Shown one piece after another: positions 24,416 to 39,883 of a DNA stretch of 64,000 bases. Positions within the stretch are counted from its first letter, which is position 1; each line of letters starts with the position of its first letter. The stretch is from positions 13,454,001-13,518,000 of the forward strand of contig OZ024761.1 of the NCBI GenBank assembly GCA_964016885.1. The letters run 5' to 3'. Origin of the DNA: Eledone cirrhosa. Taxonomy: Eukaryota. A model generated the notes under the pieces. That model did not search any database. It saw only the letters and a list, made by a program, of their open reading frames with translations, and had not been told where the DNA came from. The position numbers were made by a program, and so were the translations under genes.

Positions 24416-25833
24416 CAGAGAGAGAGCGATATATATATATATATTGGCATTGGCATCATTTTGTTTATTTTTCCATTCTTCCATGGCTTAGATGAGCCTT
24501 CTCTCGTACAGCATCTTGCCACATTTTGTCATCTATTTTGGTCTTCCATTTTTTCTCTTCCTTTGTCATCATTTCTATGAGGTTCTGCGTGCTGAGATCA
24601 GCTTTCACCACTTCTGCTCATGTGTTCTTCCTTAGTCTTCCTTTTAGACAGATTCCGTCTTCCCTCAACAATTATCGTCTCTTAATATGCCTCCTTGACA
24701 TGAGGGAGAGCTTAAGTCCATTCTACGAGTTGTACGAGAGAGGCAACATCGTTTTTTTTTTCCCCCCGAATAACGAATCCATACGGCAGCTGGGGGCCAT
24801 TAAACCTTTGACTGGGAGAGTTGAGGGGAGTTCTCCTAACCTGCTGTAGCGGCTCGCTGTGGAAAATGGCAATCATCTCCGAGGGCTGACATCAAGTTGG
24901 GTCATGTCCCAGATAAGTTTATTCTGGTATACGTCTTGGTGCATGTCTTCGTGTTGAAAGGCAAGCAGTTCCCCTCACAGTGAGAGTGTGTAGATGCATG
25001 GTTGGAGGACATGCGCTTGCACAGGAGATGTGTTAAACCTGTGAAAAGGTGTGAACAGTAAAAGGAGAGTGCTTTATGCTCGCTACCAGAATTTATTCGA
25101 CCGAGACAGGAGAAGCTCCTTGTAGTAATTTTAGGGGAGGAAAAGCAGCGGGTGTTCCCTGTCCCTATTGCCAACATCGAGTTGGTCTATTTAGGCAGGT
25201 TTGCCGACCCGGGACCGGAGGTGAGTCTTAGTGCTTATCCTGCAGCAGAACTGGTGGACAACACGTACACGCACAAACATTTACACAAACACATACACAC
25301 ACTCATACATTTACACAAACACGTACACTCACACACAGCTTAGCAAATGGAACACCAGCCAATGTTTTGCCATACTTTTTCACCATCCCCTTCCTTTTAC
25401 ACACACAAACACACACAGATTGTGTGATGGACTGACGGAAGTCACTCAAATTTATAAATAGATTGGTGCTTTTACTGATACATTATGTTAATTTATTCTA
25501 ATTTATTCTAATTATCAAAATCTAATCAGATCGTGGAGGTTCTGCCATTTGATCAGTTGGTACACACATGTGCTCACACACTCATGTGCACACACACACA
25601 CATGCATAAACACACAGGGGCACACACACTCATGTGCGCACACAAACATGTGCACTCATACACAAATACATATACACACAAACACTTACACGCAAATACA
25701 CACACATGCGCACGTACATGTAAACACACAAGCACATGCATACACGCCATCATATACACACTTACAAGCACATGCATACATGTAAACACTTACATCACCA
25801 AAAATACATTATTATTATTATTATTATTATTAT

Positions 25834-26245
25834 TGGGCGGTGGATTGTCAGTACCAGTAGAGAATCAGACGCCATGCTTTGCAGCATAGAGTTACGGCCT
25901 TTTACGGTCTGAGTTCAAATCCCGCCAAGGTTAACTTTGCCTTTCATACTTACGGGGTCGATAAAATAAAGTACCAGTAATACACTGGGATAATTGCTGG
26001 CCTTGTGCCAAAAGTAGAAACAATTATTATTAGGGCAGTGTATTGGCAGAATTGGTAGAGCGTCGGACAACATGCTTTGCAGCCTCGAGTTATGGCCCTT
26101 TAGTTATGAGTTAAAATCCTGCCGAGATTAGCTTTATTTTTCATCCTTACGGGGTCGATAAAATAAAGTACTAGTAATACTCTGGGGCCTTTTAATCAAC
26201 TTTCCCCTCCACTAAAATTGCTGGCCTTGTGCCTAAGACAGAAAC
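25834..26245 (+). mobile_element. Two tandem SINE family 2 copies
   Basis: each gggc.gtg.attg.cag..ctttcatccttacggggtcgataaaataaagtac..gctggccttgtgcc. Confidence 0.85.
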
Positions 26246-26611
26246 CTTTATTTATTTTCTCAATATAATTCAGAATTCATATTTTTTATTTCAATTTTTT
26301 TTTTCTATAAACAAAAAATACTCACAAACAAACAAACAAACAAACAAACAAAATATTAATAAACTTCCACAATTTTATTTATTATTATTATTTTTTTTTG
26401 TAAAAACAAACAAAAGGAAATAAAAACATTAAAAAAAATCAAAACAAAACTAGTGACTACAACAACTGACACTTCCATTTCATATCTACGGTATGAACCT
26501 CCCATCCTCCTCCATTTTTTTAAATTCTATCTTTATTTTGCAGTACAGTATTGACAAGTCTCTGAGATTAAGTCTCGCTCTCACTATCAGTTCAACATTT
26601 ATCTCTGGAGA

Positions 26612-26614
<3 letters not shown>

Positions 26615-26655
<41 letters not shown>

Positions 26656-27465
26656 CATAATATATATATATATCATATATATATATATATATATCATATA
26701 TATATATATATATCATATATACATAATATATATATATATCATATATATATATATCATATATATATATATATATATCATATATATATATATATATCATATA
26801 TATATATATCATATATATATATTATATATATATCATATATATCATATATATATATATATATCATATATATATATATCATATATATATATTATATATATAT
26901 CATATATATATATATCATATATATATAATATATATATATATAATATATATATATAATATATACATATATATAATATATATATATAATATATATATATAAT
27001 ATATATATATATATATCATATATATATATATATAATATATATATATATATATCATATATATATATTATATATATATATATTATATATATAATATATATAT
27101 ATATATATATCATATATATATATTATATATATATATATTATATATATATATCATATATATATATTATATATATATATATTATATATATATATCATATATA
27201 TATATTATATATATATATATTATATATATAATATATATATATATATATATCATATATATATATTATATATAGAAATATTATATATATAATATATATATAT
27301 ATATATATCATATATATAATATATATATATATATATATCATATATATATATTATATATATATATATTATATATATATATCATATATATATATTATATATA
27401 TATATATTATATATATAATATATATATATATATATATCATATATATATATTATATATAGAAATAT

Positions 27466-27507
<42 letters not shown>

Positions 27508-27688
27508 TATATATATCATATATATATATTATATATATATATATATATATAATATATATATATATATCATATATATATATTATATATATATATATTATAT
27601 ATATTATATATATATATATATATATAATATATATATATATATCATATATATATATTATATATATATATATTATATATATAATATATAT

Positions 27689-27745
<57 letters not shown>

Positions 27746-29130
27746 ATATATATATATAATATATATATATCATATATGTAATATATATATATCATATATG
27801 TAATATATATATATCATATATGTAATATATATATATCATATATGTAATATATATATATCATATATGTAATATATATATATCATATATGTAATATATATAT
27901 ATCATATATGTAATATATATATATCATATATGTAATATATATATATCATATATGTAATATATATATATCATATATATATATCATATATATATATATATCA
28001 TATATATATATATATCATATATATATATATATCATATATATATATATATCATATATATATATATATCATATATATATATATATCATATATATATATATAT
28101 CATATATATATATATATCATATATATATATATCATATATATATATATATCATATATATATATATCATATATATATATATATCATATATATATATATGATA
28201 TATATATATATGATATATATATATATGATATATATATATATGATATATATATATATCATATATATATATATATCATATATATATATATCATATATATCAT
28301 ATATATATATATATCATATATATATATATATATCATATATATATATATCATATATATATCATATATATATCATATATATATCATATATATATCATATATA
28401 TATCATATATATATCATATATATATCATATATCATATATATCATATATATCATATATATATATATATCATATATAATATATATATATATATCATGTATAA
28501 TATATATATATATATCATATATAATATATATATATATATCATATATAATATATATATATCATATATAATATATATATATATATCATATATAATATATATA
28601 TATCATGTATAATATATATATATATATCATGTATAATATATATATATATATCATATATAATATATATATATATATCATGTATAATATATATATATATATC
28701 ATATATAATATATATATATATATCATATATAATATATATATATATATCATATATAATATATATATATATATCATATATAATATATATATCATATATAATA
28801 TATATATATATATCATATATAATATATATATATATATCATGTATAATATATATATATATATCATATATAATATATATATATATATCATATATAATATATA
28901 TATATATATCATATATAATATATATATATATATCATATATAATATATATATATATATCATATATAATATATATATATATATCATATATAATATATATATA
29001 TATATCATATATATGATATATATATAATATATATATATATATCATATATATAATATATATGTATATATATATAATATATATGTATATATATATATATATA
29101 TATATAGTATATGTGTGTATATATATATAT
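26615..29130. repeat. ~2.5-kb compound (TA)n microsatellite with periodic TATC/TAAT interruptions
   Basis: direct reading. Confidence 0.95.
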
Positions 29131-29369
29131 ACTTATAGTCTGACATTTGTCTCTGGAGATCAGTAGAGAAAGTGGAAATATACCAGTTATACACTGGTGT
29201 GAATACAATCAACTCTACTTCATCTTCAAACAGATGTTATGGCCTTGTGCTTATTTATATAACACAATATCTGATATCAAATATATATATATTACAGTTT
29301 TATCACATATGTATATTTGATATTGAATATAGATATATATCATAGTTATATAACTTGTATATATAATAC

Positions 29370-30270
29370 CAAGTATATATTGTGGTTATATCACAAGTGT
29401 GTGTAATATCGAATATATATGGCGTAGTTATATAACAAATGTATATATAATATCAAGTATATATTGTGGTTATATAACGAATATGTATATATGCGGTATA
29501 TATTGTGGTTATATAACAAATATATATATATGGGGTATATATTGTGGTTATATAACGAATATGTATATATGTGGTATATATTGTGGTTATATAACAAATA
29601 TGTATATATAATATCAAGTATATATTGTGGTTATATAACATATGTATATATGGGGTATATATTGTGGTTATATAACAAATATGTATATATAATATCAAGT
29701 ATATATTGTGGTTATATAACAAATATATATTGGGTATATATAGTGGTTATATAACAAATATGTATATATAATATCAAGTATATATTGTGGTTATATAACA
29801 AATATATATATTGTGGTTATATAACAAATATATATATATAGGGTATATAATGTGGTTATATAACAAATATGTATATATATATGGGGTATATATTGTGGTT
29901 ATATAACAAATGTGTATATATATATTGGGTATATAACAAATATGTATATATAATATCAAGTATATATTGTGGTTATATAACAAATATGTATATATGGGGT
30001 ATATATTGTGGTTATATAACAAATATGTATATATATGGGTATATATTGTGGTTATATAACAAATATATATATTGGGTATATATTGTGGTTATATAACAAT
30101 TATATATATGGGGTATATATTGTGGTTATATAACAAATATATATATTGGGTATATATTGTAGTTATATAACAAATATGTATATATATGGGGTATATATTT
30201 TGGTTATATCACATGTATGTGTAATATCGAATATATATAGCGTAGTTATATAACAAATGTATATATAATA
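29370..30270. repeat. Minisatellite, ~40-45-bp unit (tatattgtggttatataacaaatatgtatata..)
   Basis: about 20 degenerate units. Confidence 0.9.
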
Positions 30271-31151
30271 CAGACCTGCAACAGGAAGTACCATGAAAAA
30301 AGGGCCCCAAAATGGGGAGATTTTACATAATAAATGCTATAGCCATTTTCACAAGAGAAGATATCTTTCATCCACCCCAAAGGCTATTGAAAACCTCCCC
30401 ATTGGATGGGGAAAGTGTATAGGTCTATATAATATCAAGTGTATATTGTGGTGATATCACTAACATATGTTTGATATTTGATATCCATCAGACATTTAAT
30501 ATTTTCACATAATCAAAATTGCCAAAAAACTTGTACCAAGAATATTTGAAATAAAAATGAAAATAACATGCAAAAAAGAAAATAATTTTAATTAATTAAT
30601 AAAATGGGTTAAAATTAAATAAATTTTCTTTATAAACAAGATGGAGTTGACTTTCCTTTTGTTTCTTAATCTTTAGCATGCTAGAAATGTTTATGAATTG
30701 CTTCCATATAATATATCAAGGGAAGAATGCCTGCACTCAGTGGTTTTTAAGTGCTGGCATGACTGCCAGTCAGTAGGTTTTACATCAGTGGCCTCTTAGC
30801 CTCTGGCTCAAAAGCCTATCCTGGAGGCACTGGGGGTTTGGAGTCACAGTGTTCCTTCTCCTAGGCTGGTTGCCAACCAAGGCTGATATGAGCCCAGCCT
30901 GTCCATCGCTCAGTTATACTGCTGAGTACCCAGTCGCGCCTGCAGCAAGCTCTGTAGAAACAGGAGGTACCATGGTAAGATGCTACTCGAGACACAGTTG
31001 AGAACAAGAGGCCACATGCATGTAGACACATCAGTACTAAGTTCCACTGGGCAGGAGAGGGTCTGCAATCACATCACTATTCTTAACTCCCCCATATATA
31101 TGTATGTATATACAATATAGATAACAATCAAATTTTGTGTAGGCATTTAAT

Positions 31152-31198
31152 TGCTAATGATCGTTTCTTCCAGATATTGGTCTGGAATCATCGGAGCA
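31152..31198 (-). ncRNA. Hammerhead ribozyme variant with CCGATGA core
   Basis: reverse complement: tgct-CCGATGA-ttccaga(ccaata)tctggaa-GAAAC-gatc-att-agca. Confidence 0.55.
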
Positions 31199-31336
31199 TA
31201 TAAAATGTTAAAACAAATAAATTCCTAATCATTAGAACAGTCAGCAGGATATCGGTATTATATATCAGGTAATATACAATATTACCTTTATCTTATTTAT
31301 AATTCTATATATAAGTATAACTATTATATATTTATA

Positions 31337-31568
31337 TTATAAAATAAGAGGAGGCTGGACTGGTGTAATTCCTTAAAAGGTTTTACAAGGAATTACACCA
31401 GTCCATCCTCCTGTTATTTTATAATAATTAACTCCGTACTCGCACCACCAACTACACAAACGAAGACGGGTGAGTTGCATTACATTGGGTGCTCTCCATA
31501 ATATTACATCCAGGTTTACCATACGGAATGACCAGTTCTATCCACTGGTGAACCAACAAACCTAAATA
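31337..31568 (+). mobile_element. PLE-type 3' terminus with leading hairpin; second copy at 37006-37258
   Basis: hairpin ggaggctggactggtgtaattcctt / aaggaattacaccagtcc; shared downstream ~140 bp. Confidence 0.6.
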
Positions 31569-31713
31569 ATATATATATATGTGTAATCAACAGTGATTAT
31601 GAATAAACAGAGTTTATTTTAACCTGTTTTGATGTTTATATATATACTCTGGAGTAAACAGACCCAATTGTGTATGTCGTCGAGTGCTCTACCCTACATA
31701 CTGAAGTGTCAGT

Positions 31714-32140
31714 GATTAACTAACACATACACTAATTAATTAATACATGCGGTGTCCCAGCATGGCCTCAGCCTGATGTCTGGAACAGGTAAAATAGAGA
31801 TATATATAATTATATATCAGATTAACTAACACATACACTAATTAATTAATACATGCGGTGTCCCAGCATGGCCTCAGCCTGATGTCTGGAACAGGTAAAA
31901 TAGAGATATATATAATTATATATCAGATTAACTAACACATACACTAATTAATTAATACATGCGGTGCCCCAGCATGGCCTCAGCCTGATGTCTGGAACAG
32001 GTAAAATAGAGATATATATAATTATATATCAGATTAACTAACACATACACTAATTAATTAATACATGCGGTGTCCCAGCATGGCCTCAGCCTGATGTCTG
32101 GAACAGGTAAAATAGAGATATATATAATTATATATCAGAT
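31714..32140 (+). repeat. 4 x 106-bp tandem repeat, unit resembling a SINE 3' tail
   Basis: units start at 31714, 31820, 31926 and 32032; near identical. Confidence 0.92.
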
Positions 32141-32439
32141 TATTACTATATATACATTACATATATATATAAGGTCCTTGTTAATTTTTAATATGTTACC
32201 TCCATAACGCTGTTTACACTCTTTACAAATTATCTCCTGTAATTGTTTGATGTGTTTATTTTATATATATATGACATTCGACTTTTAATTTAATGTATAT
32301 ATATATATATATATATACACACAGGTAAAGAAGTAACAGAAACACAGGGATGCTTATTAGGATAACACTTCGGAGGAGTAATATATGGCTGTTGGACTAA
32401 TTCTATATGTCTGGCTCGTTAGACTTAATATATATATAT

Positions 32440-33461
32440 AATAATAATAATAATGAAATTATTGTGTAAAGTGGTCAGGTGCACTACAACTCGTCAATAT
32501 AGTACATAGAATAATACACAAATGTCAGGGAAGTACATGTGTGTATGTGTTAGCTGTAGTGTTGGCGGATCTCGGGAAGCATGGAGGCCTTAAAGGATGC
32601 AGTGTCTCGACAGCTAACAACTGATGCAGGTAGTTTGTTCCATGCTTCAGCAACTCTGAGCGTGAAAAAATGTTTACGAAAGTCATGGGAACTGTGCTGT
32701 TTTCTTACTTTGTGGGCATGTCCACGTGTGTTAGACACATGGAAATCGAAAAGGCACTCAGGGTTGTTGTTGGCAAGATGGTTAACAATTTTGTGGGTGT
32801 TTACCAAGTCAGTTGCCAGGCGTCGGAGCTTCAATGAATCCATGCCCAGGGAAGCAAGGCGCTCAGAGTATGGTAGATGCCTGATGGAGGGTATTCGCTT
32901 GGTTGCACGTCTCTGAACAGTTTCCAGGCGGTCAATGTCCTGAGCAAGATAGGGGTTCCAGACTGGTGATGCAAATTCTAAGTGTGGTCGCACCATAGCT
33001 GTATACAGCCTTAAATAGATATCTGGAGAGCGGCTGACAAAGGTCTTGCTGAGTGATGCTAAGACACCCTCGGCCCTCTTGACAATTTTAGAGACGTGCC
33101 TCGTCCAACGCAAATCGCTGCTGACCGTAATGCCCAGGTCACGTTCACAGGAAGACTTCTTGATATTAGTGCTGTGGAGGGAGTATGTGGACGCTGGGTT
33201 TTTACTCCCAAAATGCATGGTGGTGCACTTGTCCACAGCTAGCTTGAGTTGCCAGTCTGAGATCCACTGTTGCATTGTGTCCAGGTCAGACTGCAAGCAA
33301 GATCTATAGTGTTCAGGATCTGTCCTTTTTATCTCAAGGTACAGCTTGATGTCGTCTGCGTACTTTAGTACTGTGGCATTCCTTAAGTTGGCATCTATGT
33401 CATTAATATATGCCACAAACAAAAGGGGGCCAAGAACAGATCCCTGAGGTACACCAGATGA
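32440..33461 (-). mobile_element. 5'-truncated CR1-clade LINE (RT C-terminal half, open frame)
   Basis: GVPQGSVLGPLLF, KYADD, ERDLGI, VRPHLEFASPVW, VQRRATK, TRGH, WNKLP; (ATT)n tail. Confidence 0.92.
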
Positions 33462-34699
33462 GGTAGCAATTAATTAAGGAGGTAGCAATTAATTCCTTTG
33501 TGTATATACATACACATATATATATGTGTATATATATATATAGAGAGAGAGACACACGGCGGGTTTCTGAATTCTCCGATAACTAAATGTTGGTTTGCTG
33601 CGAATCTACAAATAGTTTGGGAACTTTAGACATTAATTTCCAAAGATTCTAAGCATTCTAAAAATTAAGAAATAATTAGAGTTTTAAATATTCGTAAGAT
33701 TTAAATTTGTAACTAATTTTAGTAAATAAAATTTGTTGCATATCGTGTCTCCTTTGTAAACAACACAGCTCTGCTACCACACTTGTTATGACTACCTCTC
33801 ACCACTCCTCCCTCGCTTGAACGTTGTTGACAATTTTATTGGCGGCAGACGACAATTAAGAATTATTAAAATATTATAAATAAATCACATAAAGTCCTTA
33901 CAATTGCTATTTTTTTAAATCTATATTCGTCTTAACATGTTCTTTATAAACCCATGTAAGCTAATAAGAAGTTTTACTACGTGTAATTTTTTATAAGCTT
34001 CTATCGGCGTAAACGTCGGTGATTCCCCCCCCCCTCTCTCTATATATATGTATAACATTTACTCACTCTCTCTCTCTCTCCCTGTCTCACACACACACAT
34101 ATATACACATAGCAACATACACATACACTTATTTAATCACATATACATGGTAACGTATACACACATAAAATAATAAAATCTCCAGTAAAACAAACCGTTC
34201 TGCCGTAAATAACAGCTGGAGCGACCTTGATTTACACATTTCACTACCGCAGAAACTGCTAGAAATAGCAGCTAAAATATTCCTCAAATTACACAACGTG
34301 GTATTCGAGAAGATGCAAGAAACAGTAGCCAAATCCCTGTCAGATCACACGTCCGACGTCTTGTAAAATGCTAGAAAACCAGTTAAATAACGTATCCTAG
34401 TGACTAGAAATAGTAACGAAATTTACACACAACCATATATTTAATATATTAGGAAATGCTAGAAATCGCAGCCAAATCTAAATGTAAACATATACACCTC
34501 TTATTAAAATGCTCCTTAAATATATACTTCATTAATAATCGTAATCTACACAACTTAATACGTATCCCTACAAAATTTCATTAAAAAAGATGCATTATTA
34601 AAGAAGTTATTAACAAATAAGATATCCGCAGGGGGGGGGGGCTAATTGTATAAATATTTGTGATCAAAGGGAAAGAACTGTAAATATTAGTCTCGACAC

Positions 34700-35050
34700 A
34701 GTTACTGCCCCTTGATGCTAAGAAACCAACCAGCCCGCCATTAAGCCCTCCACCCGACCAGTTGACGGAACGTTCGACTGCCCAGCCTGTACTACTGTTC
34801 AACGTGATAGCCAGTAGATAAACCGTTCAACATGACAGCCGATACTACTACCATCTTGAACGTTCCACCAGCTGACCAAACAAAATGGCTGCCATGTCGA
34901 ACGTTCAACTACCCAGCCAGTACTACTGTTCAATGTGATAGCCAGTAGATAAACCGTTCAACATGACAGCCGAAACCATGCTGAACGCTGCTCCAGCCGC
35001 CCAAACAAAATGGCTATCATATTGAACGTTCCACCCAAACAAAATGGCTA
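34700..35050. promoter_or_regulatory. CpG-containing promoter-like island with duplicated ~61-bp block and three CAAAATGGCT (YY1-like) motifs
   Basis: block at 34781-34841 repeated at 34912-34972; ccaaacaaaatggct near 34877, 35001 and 35035. Confidence 0.35.
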
Positions 35051-36695
35051 CCTTATACTAAAAATAACAGCGAAAACATTTAAACCACACGACCTATTTA
35101 TCTTGTAAAATGCTAGAAATAGCAACCAACTCACCCTCAGCCTCTTCTGCTGTATAAAATGCTAGAAATGGAAGCTATATACGTACACGTATATGTGTAT
35201 ACATATATGCATATATGCATATATACCTATGCTTGTGCGTATATATATACATACATACATACAGAGATATATATATACACATATACGTGTTCGTGGCAGC
35301 TATATACGTGCAAGTATGTATGTGTGAATGTGTTTACATATAGGCATATATACATATGCTTGTGCGTATATATATATATATATGCACACGCACACATGCA
35401 TACAGAGATAGAGATACACATGTACGTGTTCATGTATATACATACATATACACACACGTATTCATACGAAGTCGTACGTATGTTATGCAATGTATTTTCA
35501 ATAATAATTATTACTACTCGTGTTTTCAAATGTACCCTGCATTTGTTATGAAATGTTCACCCTTTAAAACCCACGCAAAATACTTTTAATATTGTCTGTT
35601 TAATCCATAGCGAGTGCTGTGACGGAGAAACTTTCGAAAACAAATTTGCACCCATTTTTGCGATTAAGTAAAGACGGAGTTGTCGTTCTTGAGATTTCCT
35701 CTTGGAAAAATTGAAGGAACTGATGTCGCTAAATCGTCAACTTATTTACCTGTACTGTTGCATCATGGGAGAGGTTAAGGTTGAACTTTTTTTTTTAAGG
35801 AAGGCAAGTTTTTTAATTTATTCCTCGGCAACGTGTTTGCTGTTTAATATAAGTAAATAAAGAAAACAATTAATTCCATTCCATACTCCCTATAATCTGA
35901 ACATCAAATTATCGTAGGACCGGAGGAGTTTAATGTAAACAAAGGGTAATATGTAAACGTTACACCGGTTTCATAATTATTATTATGGCACCGCTATTTT
36001 TCAAAGTGATTTCGCTTTTTTATTTCATAGAACCGTGGCTAATTAATTTAAAGCCACTCACAGACATTCTCCAGTCTCTTACCCACACGTGTTCTGTCTT
36101 CTATATCCCCTTTTAAAACAATGAAAGGTGCATTCAACGATGTAGTTTTTGGTCATCTTGTCTTGTTCGTTAGATTCTGACCTGTGAATAAAGTAAACAA
36201 CAGCAACATGTCTCTACGTATTCGCCCCACTTGCTAGAAACAGCAGCCAATTTTCATAAGAATTACGCAGTCGAATTAGCTGTGACACATGTAAATACAA
36301 CCTTTTATATTTTAACTGCGTAGGAAGAGATTAACAATGTCTTCACTTTTGATTATGTCTGGGTCTTAGTATATGTAAATATATAAATATATGTCTTGGT
36401 CGCCCAGCTCTGACCTGTGAATAAAAATAAACAACAGCAATTATATATATTCATACACTCACAGATGTGTGTGTGAATTTGTACATCGCCTTTCTTTATT
36501 TCCTTCTTCCAGTTACGTCTACGTGTCAACACACTTCTGGTCCTCCTCCTCCTTCAATCTCTACCTGTCACCCACCTTGTGGATTTTCTCTCTGTTGACC
36601 ACTGACCGCTGGTCTCTGTCCTCTCAGGCATTTTTGCCTATCGCTGTCTTTGACAGCATTTAGCTGTTTTAACGGCTGATCTATCGATGAGTTTT

Positions 36696-36774
<79 letters not shown>

Positions 36775-36882
36775 TTGAGGGCGACCGGCTAAAGTGGAAG
36801 ATGCTAGATGGTCGGTCGTCCTCGGGTCTATGATTTTCAGCCCCATCGATTTTATCTGTTACATTCATTTATTATATTTCGA

Positions 36883-36940
36883 ATACCTGATGATATCACC
36901 GGATTCATATGGAACCCGGTCATTGAAATGATCATAGTAT
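36883..36940 (+). ncRNA. Type I hammerhead motif in PLE-type terminus
   Basis: atac-CTGATGA-..accgg(loop)ccggt..-GAAA-tgatca-ta-gtat. Confidence 0.55.
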
Positions 36941-37689
36941 ACTAAACCTTTCAAGGATTTACACGAGTCCAGCCTCCTGTTATTTTATTATAATATATAT
37001 ATATATATAAAATAACAGGAGGCTGGACTGGTATAATTCCTTAAAAGGTTTAGTATAATAGTATAATAAACCTTTTAAGGAATTACACCAGTCCAGCCTC
37101 TTGTTATTTTATATTAATTAACTCCGTACTCGCACCACCAACAACACAAACGAAGACGGGTGAGTTGCATTACGTCGAGTGCTCTCCATAATATTACATC
37201 GAGGGTGACCATACGGAATGACCAGTTCTATCCAGTGGTGAACCAACAAACCTAAATATATTTATATCTTGATAGATATTGATAATACAAAATTATTACA
37301 CGGGAGACATAATTAAGTTATACACCGTTACTTTGAAAACAATACTGTCTCGACAAAAGAATATTTCCCTTGGCTTGTATAGGTCCTCTGAGGCCTGACA
37401 TATGTATATAGAATCAGTGAGATTCTATCGTTGACCAACATGTGTATGTATGTCTATCTAAAACTACATCTTCGGATGTGTCCATTGTTTTAAAACGTGG
37501 TAAGCGATAAATATTTGGCTGCTATTTTTAGCAGGTTGAGCAATAATTCTAATGTCACTTTTGTGTGAATATCTAGTAAGAAGTATATTCTTTTTAGAAT
37601 CTTTTTCATTTAATTATTTATCGTTGTTGGGGCTTGTTTAGGACGCCAGCCCCCCGTCTGGATTCTGCATATTCTACCTCTACTACAAT

Positions 37690-38080
37690 GGTCTCTGTTC
37701 ATCACTGGCACTCCCCAGCGATAAATATACTGTTCCCACTCTACCTATTCAATCTCTCCTACTAGTGCCCGCTCTTGAGAGCCTGGTGATCTCCACTGAA
37801 ACACTCCTGACTCACTCGTCAGCTATGTTGAAAGCTTTGCTAATTTATTCACCCCCGAGCTATATAGTCATTACATTGACGACATCCAACTTTGTTTTCT
37901 TCAAACCCACCGTATCTTAGTTCCTCCGTCTCTGTAGACAAAACAATGGTTACGCTTTTCACTCACCATGGCTACCTTTCTACCCTGTTCAAGTTACCCT
38001 TACCAGTGTCCTTGGAGCCCATCGCACTACCACTTTTCCTCCTTCACATGACGATTACCTTATGTGTTGCCTTCTGCCCC
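37690..38080 (+). pseudogene. Possible highly decayed PLE RT fragment
   Basis: only PELYSHYIDDI (YxDD) near 37855-37888 is recognisable. Confidence 0.3.
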
Positions 38081-38235
38081 CCCCCCCCTTCCAATGAACC
38101 CACGGCCATAGGGGTCTCCTTGTTTGCAATTCCATAAAAGGCTTTATCATAAAAGAACTGGTCTAAACCTCCTTGAGGTCAATGTATATACATATACATA
38201 TATATGTGCGTGTGTGGTATATATATATATATATA

Positions 38236-39860
38236 AAGAATGAATAATAACAGGTAGACATCATAAAAAGGTAATTTATTCTGTGCTTACAAACGTTTCC
38301 ACGGTGGTTATACAGCCTAGTTATGCTATGTGCAAATTTATAACTATTTGCAAATCTCAATTATCAAATGCTGTGACCACTGTATCCTCAGAGCAGAATG
38401 GTTAAAATGTAAAATGTAAATACCCTTAAGGGAAGTTATTGGGGAAGATAGAGTAGAAAAGGAAGAGAGAAATAAGGGGGGAGAGAGAGAGATATGCAGG
38501 AGTTGGAGAAATGGGAGAGAGTGGTTTGTAGAATACAGATATCTTAATCAAAATGTTGTGGTAGGGGTTTCATTATACTGGTTACTCTTAAAGCGACAAC
38601 CTTAAGCGATGCGTTGATAGTTAAGGTTGGAATTATTTATTGCCACAGAGGGCAGGTTCATAGATGTGAAGAGGGAGGGAAGTGGACCGAGGGCGAGAGA
38701 TAGAGAGGGGACAGACGAAAGCTATGGGATGGGTGTACATTGAGTTCATAGTTGTAGGCTACAAATTGCATTTAAGTATCCATTTATAGTGATAAGCAGG
38801 GCATTGTCTTGTAGTGTGGGGTATATAGTTAAGAAGTTGTTATTGAGATAAAGTAGTTAGCGAGAAAGCAATGTTATAATTACAGGTTCGAATGTTAAGT
38901 TATTTTATAGTGAGAGAATTTAGCCTTCAGTTTGTGGTTGCAGTATAATGATCATTCGATTCTGTCATTTAGTAATTTATTTTTGAATTTTAAGATGTAA
39001 AAGAGTTCAAGGTTAGCTAACCTGCAGTACTTCAATCCACTCCGATATGCACTAGCGCTGGAAAGTATATCCCATTTCAAGGTGAACTGTTGGTTGTGTT
39101 CACGGAGTTGCCAAGTCTTGTTGGCGAGCGTGGTCACAAAACGGTGATTAGGATGTTTAATTGAGAATCGATGACAATACCAGTGAGATTTACAGGAGGT
39201 AGTGGTAGACCCGATGTAATACCATTTCTGGTCGTTCGATTCAACAGTGCATTGATAAACAATGTTGGACTTTAGGCATTTATTCTTCAATGGACATCTT
39301 TCAGGTAGGTGGCAGTTACAGTTTTTATTGTGGGTAGCAGGTATACCATGGATAGGTTAGGATAACAGTACAAGTGGGTTGTATAATACCCGTCTCCCAT
39401 TTAGTGGTTGGGAGGCCGATACTACATTATGCTCATCTGTTATTAAAATATTTTGTTTTGTACAAACCACTCTCTCCCATTTCTCCAACCCTTGCATATC
39501 TCTCTTCCTTTTCTACTCCCTTAAGGGTATTTACATTTTACATTTTAACCATTCTCCTCTGAGGATACAGTGGTCACAGCATTTGATAATTGAGTTTTGC
39601 AAATAGTTATAAATTTACACATAGCATAACTAGGCTGTATAACCACCGTGGAAACGTTTGTAAGCACACAGAATAAATTACCTTTTTATGATGTCTACCT
39701 GTTGTTATTCATTCTTTATCTACACTCCGGAATACAGAAGGATCAGGAACTGAGTTTCTTCAACTATTCTTCCATAACTTGTTGAGTAACCCCTCACCGT
39801 ACGTCAACTCTATCCAGTGTAGTAATTAACCATTACTGCATCCAGGATAATCCTATACCT
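38236..39860 (-). mobile_element. Penelope-like element fragment with GIY-YIG endonuclease and inverted terminal segment
   Basis: ORF 38952-39290 C..SNIVYQC..YYIGST..H..W..KWDIL..C.L...E..LLN; 38236-38432 is the inverse of 39517-39718. Confidence 0.85.
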
Positions 39861-39883
39861 AATATATATATATATATATATAT

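Noticed and set aside
24650-25260. GC-richer stretch with short ORFs
   Set aside because: No recognisable domain; probably an old TE fragment but unsupported
26440-26480. miR-7-like actagtga motif
   Set aside because: Only a short partial match and no precursor hairpin
26486-30096. Ile/Tyr-rich ORFs
   Set aside because: (TA)n and minisatellite translation artefacts
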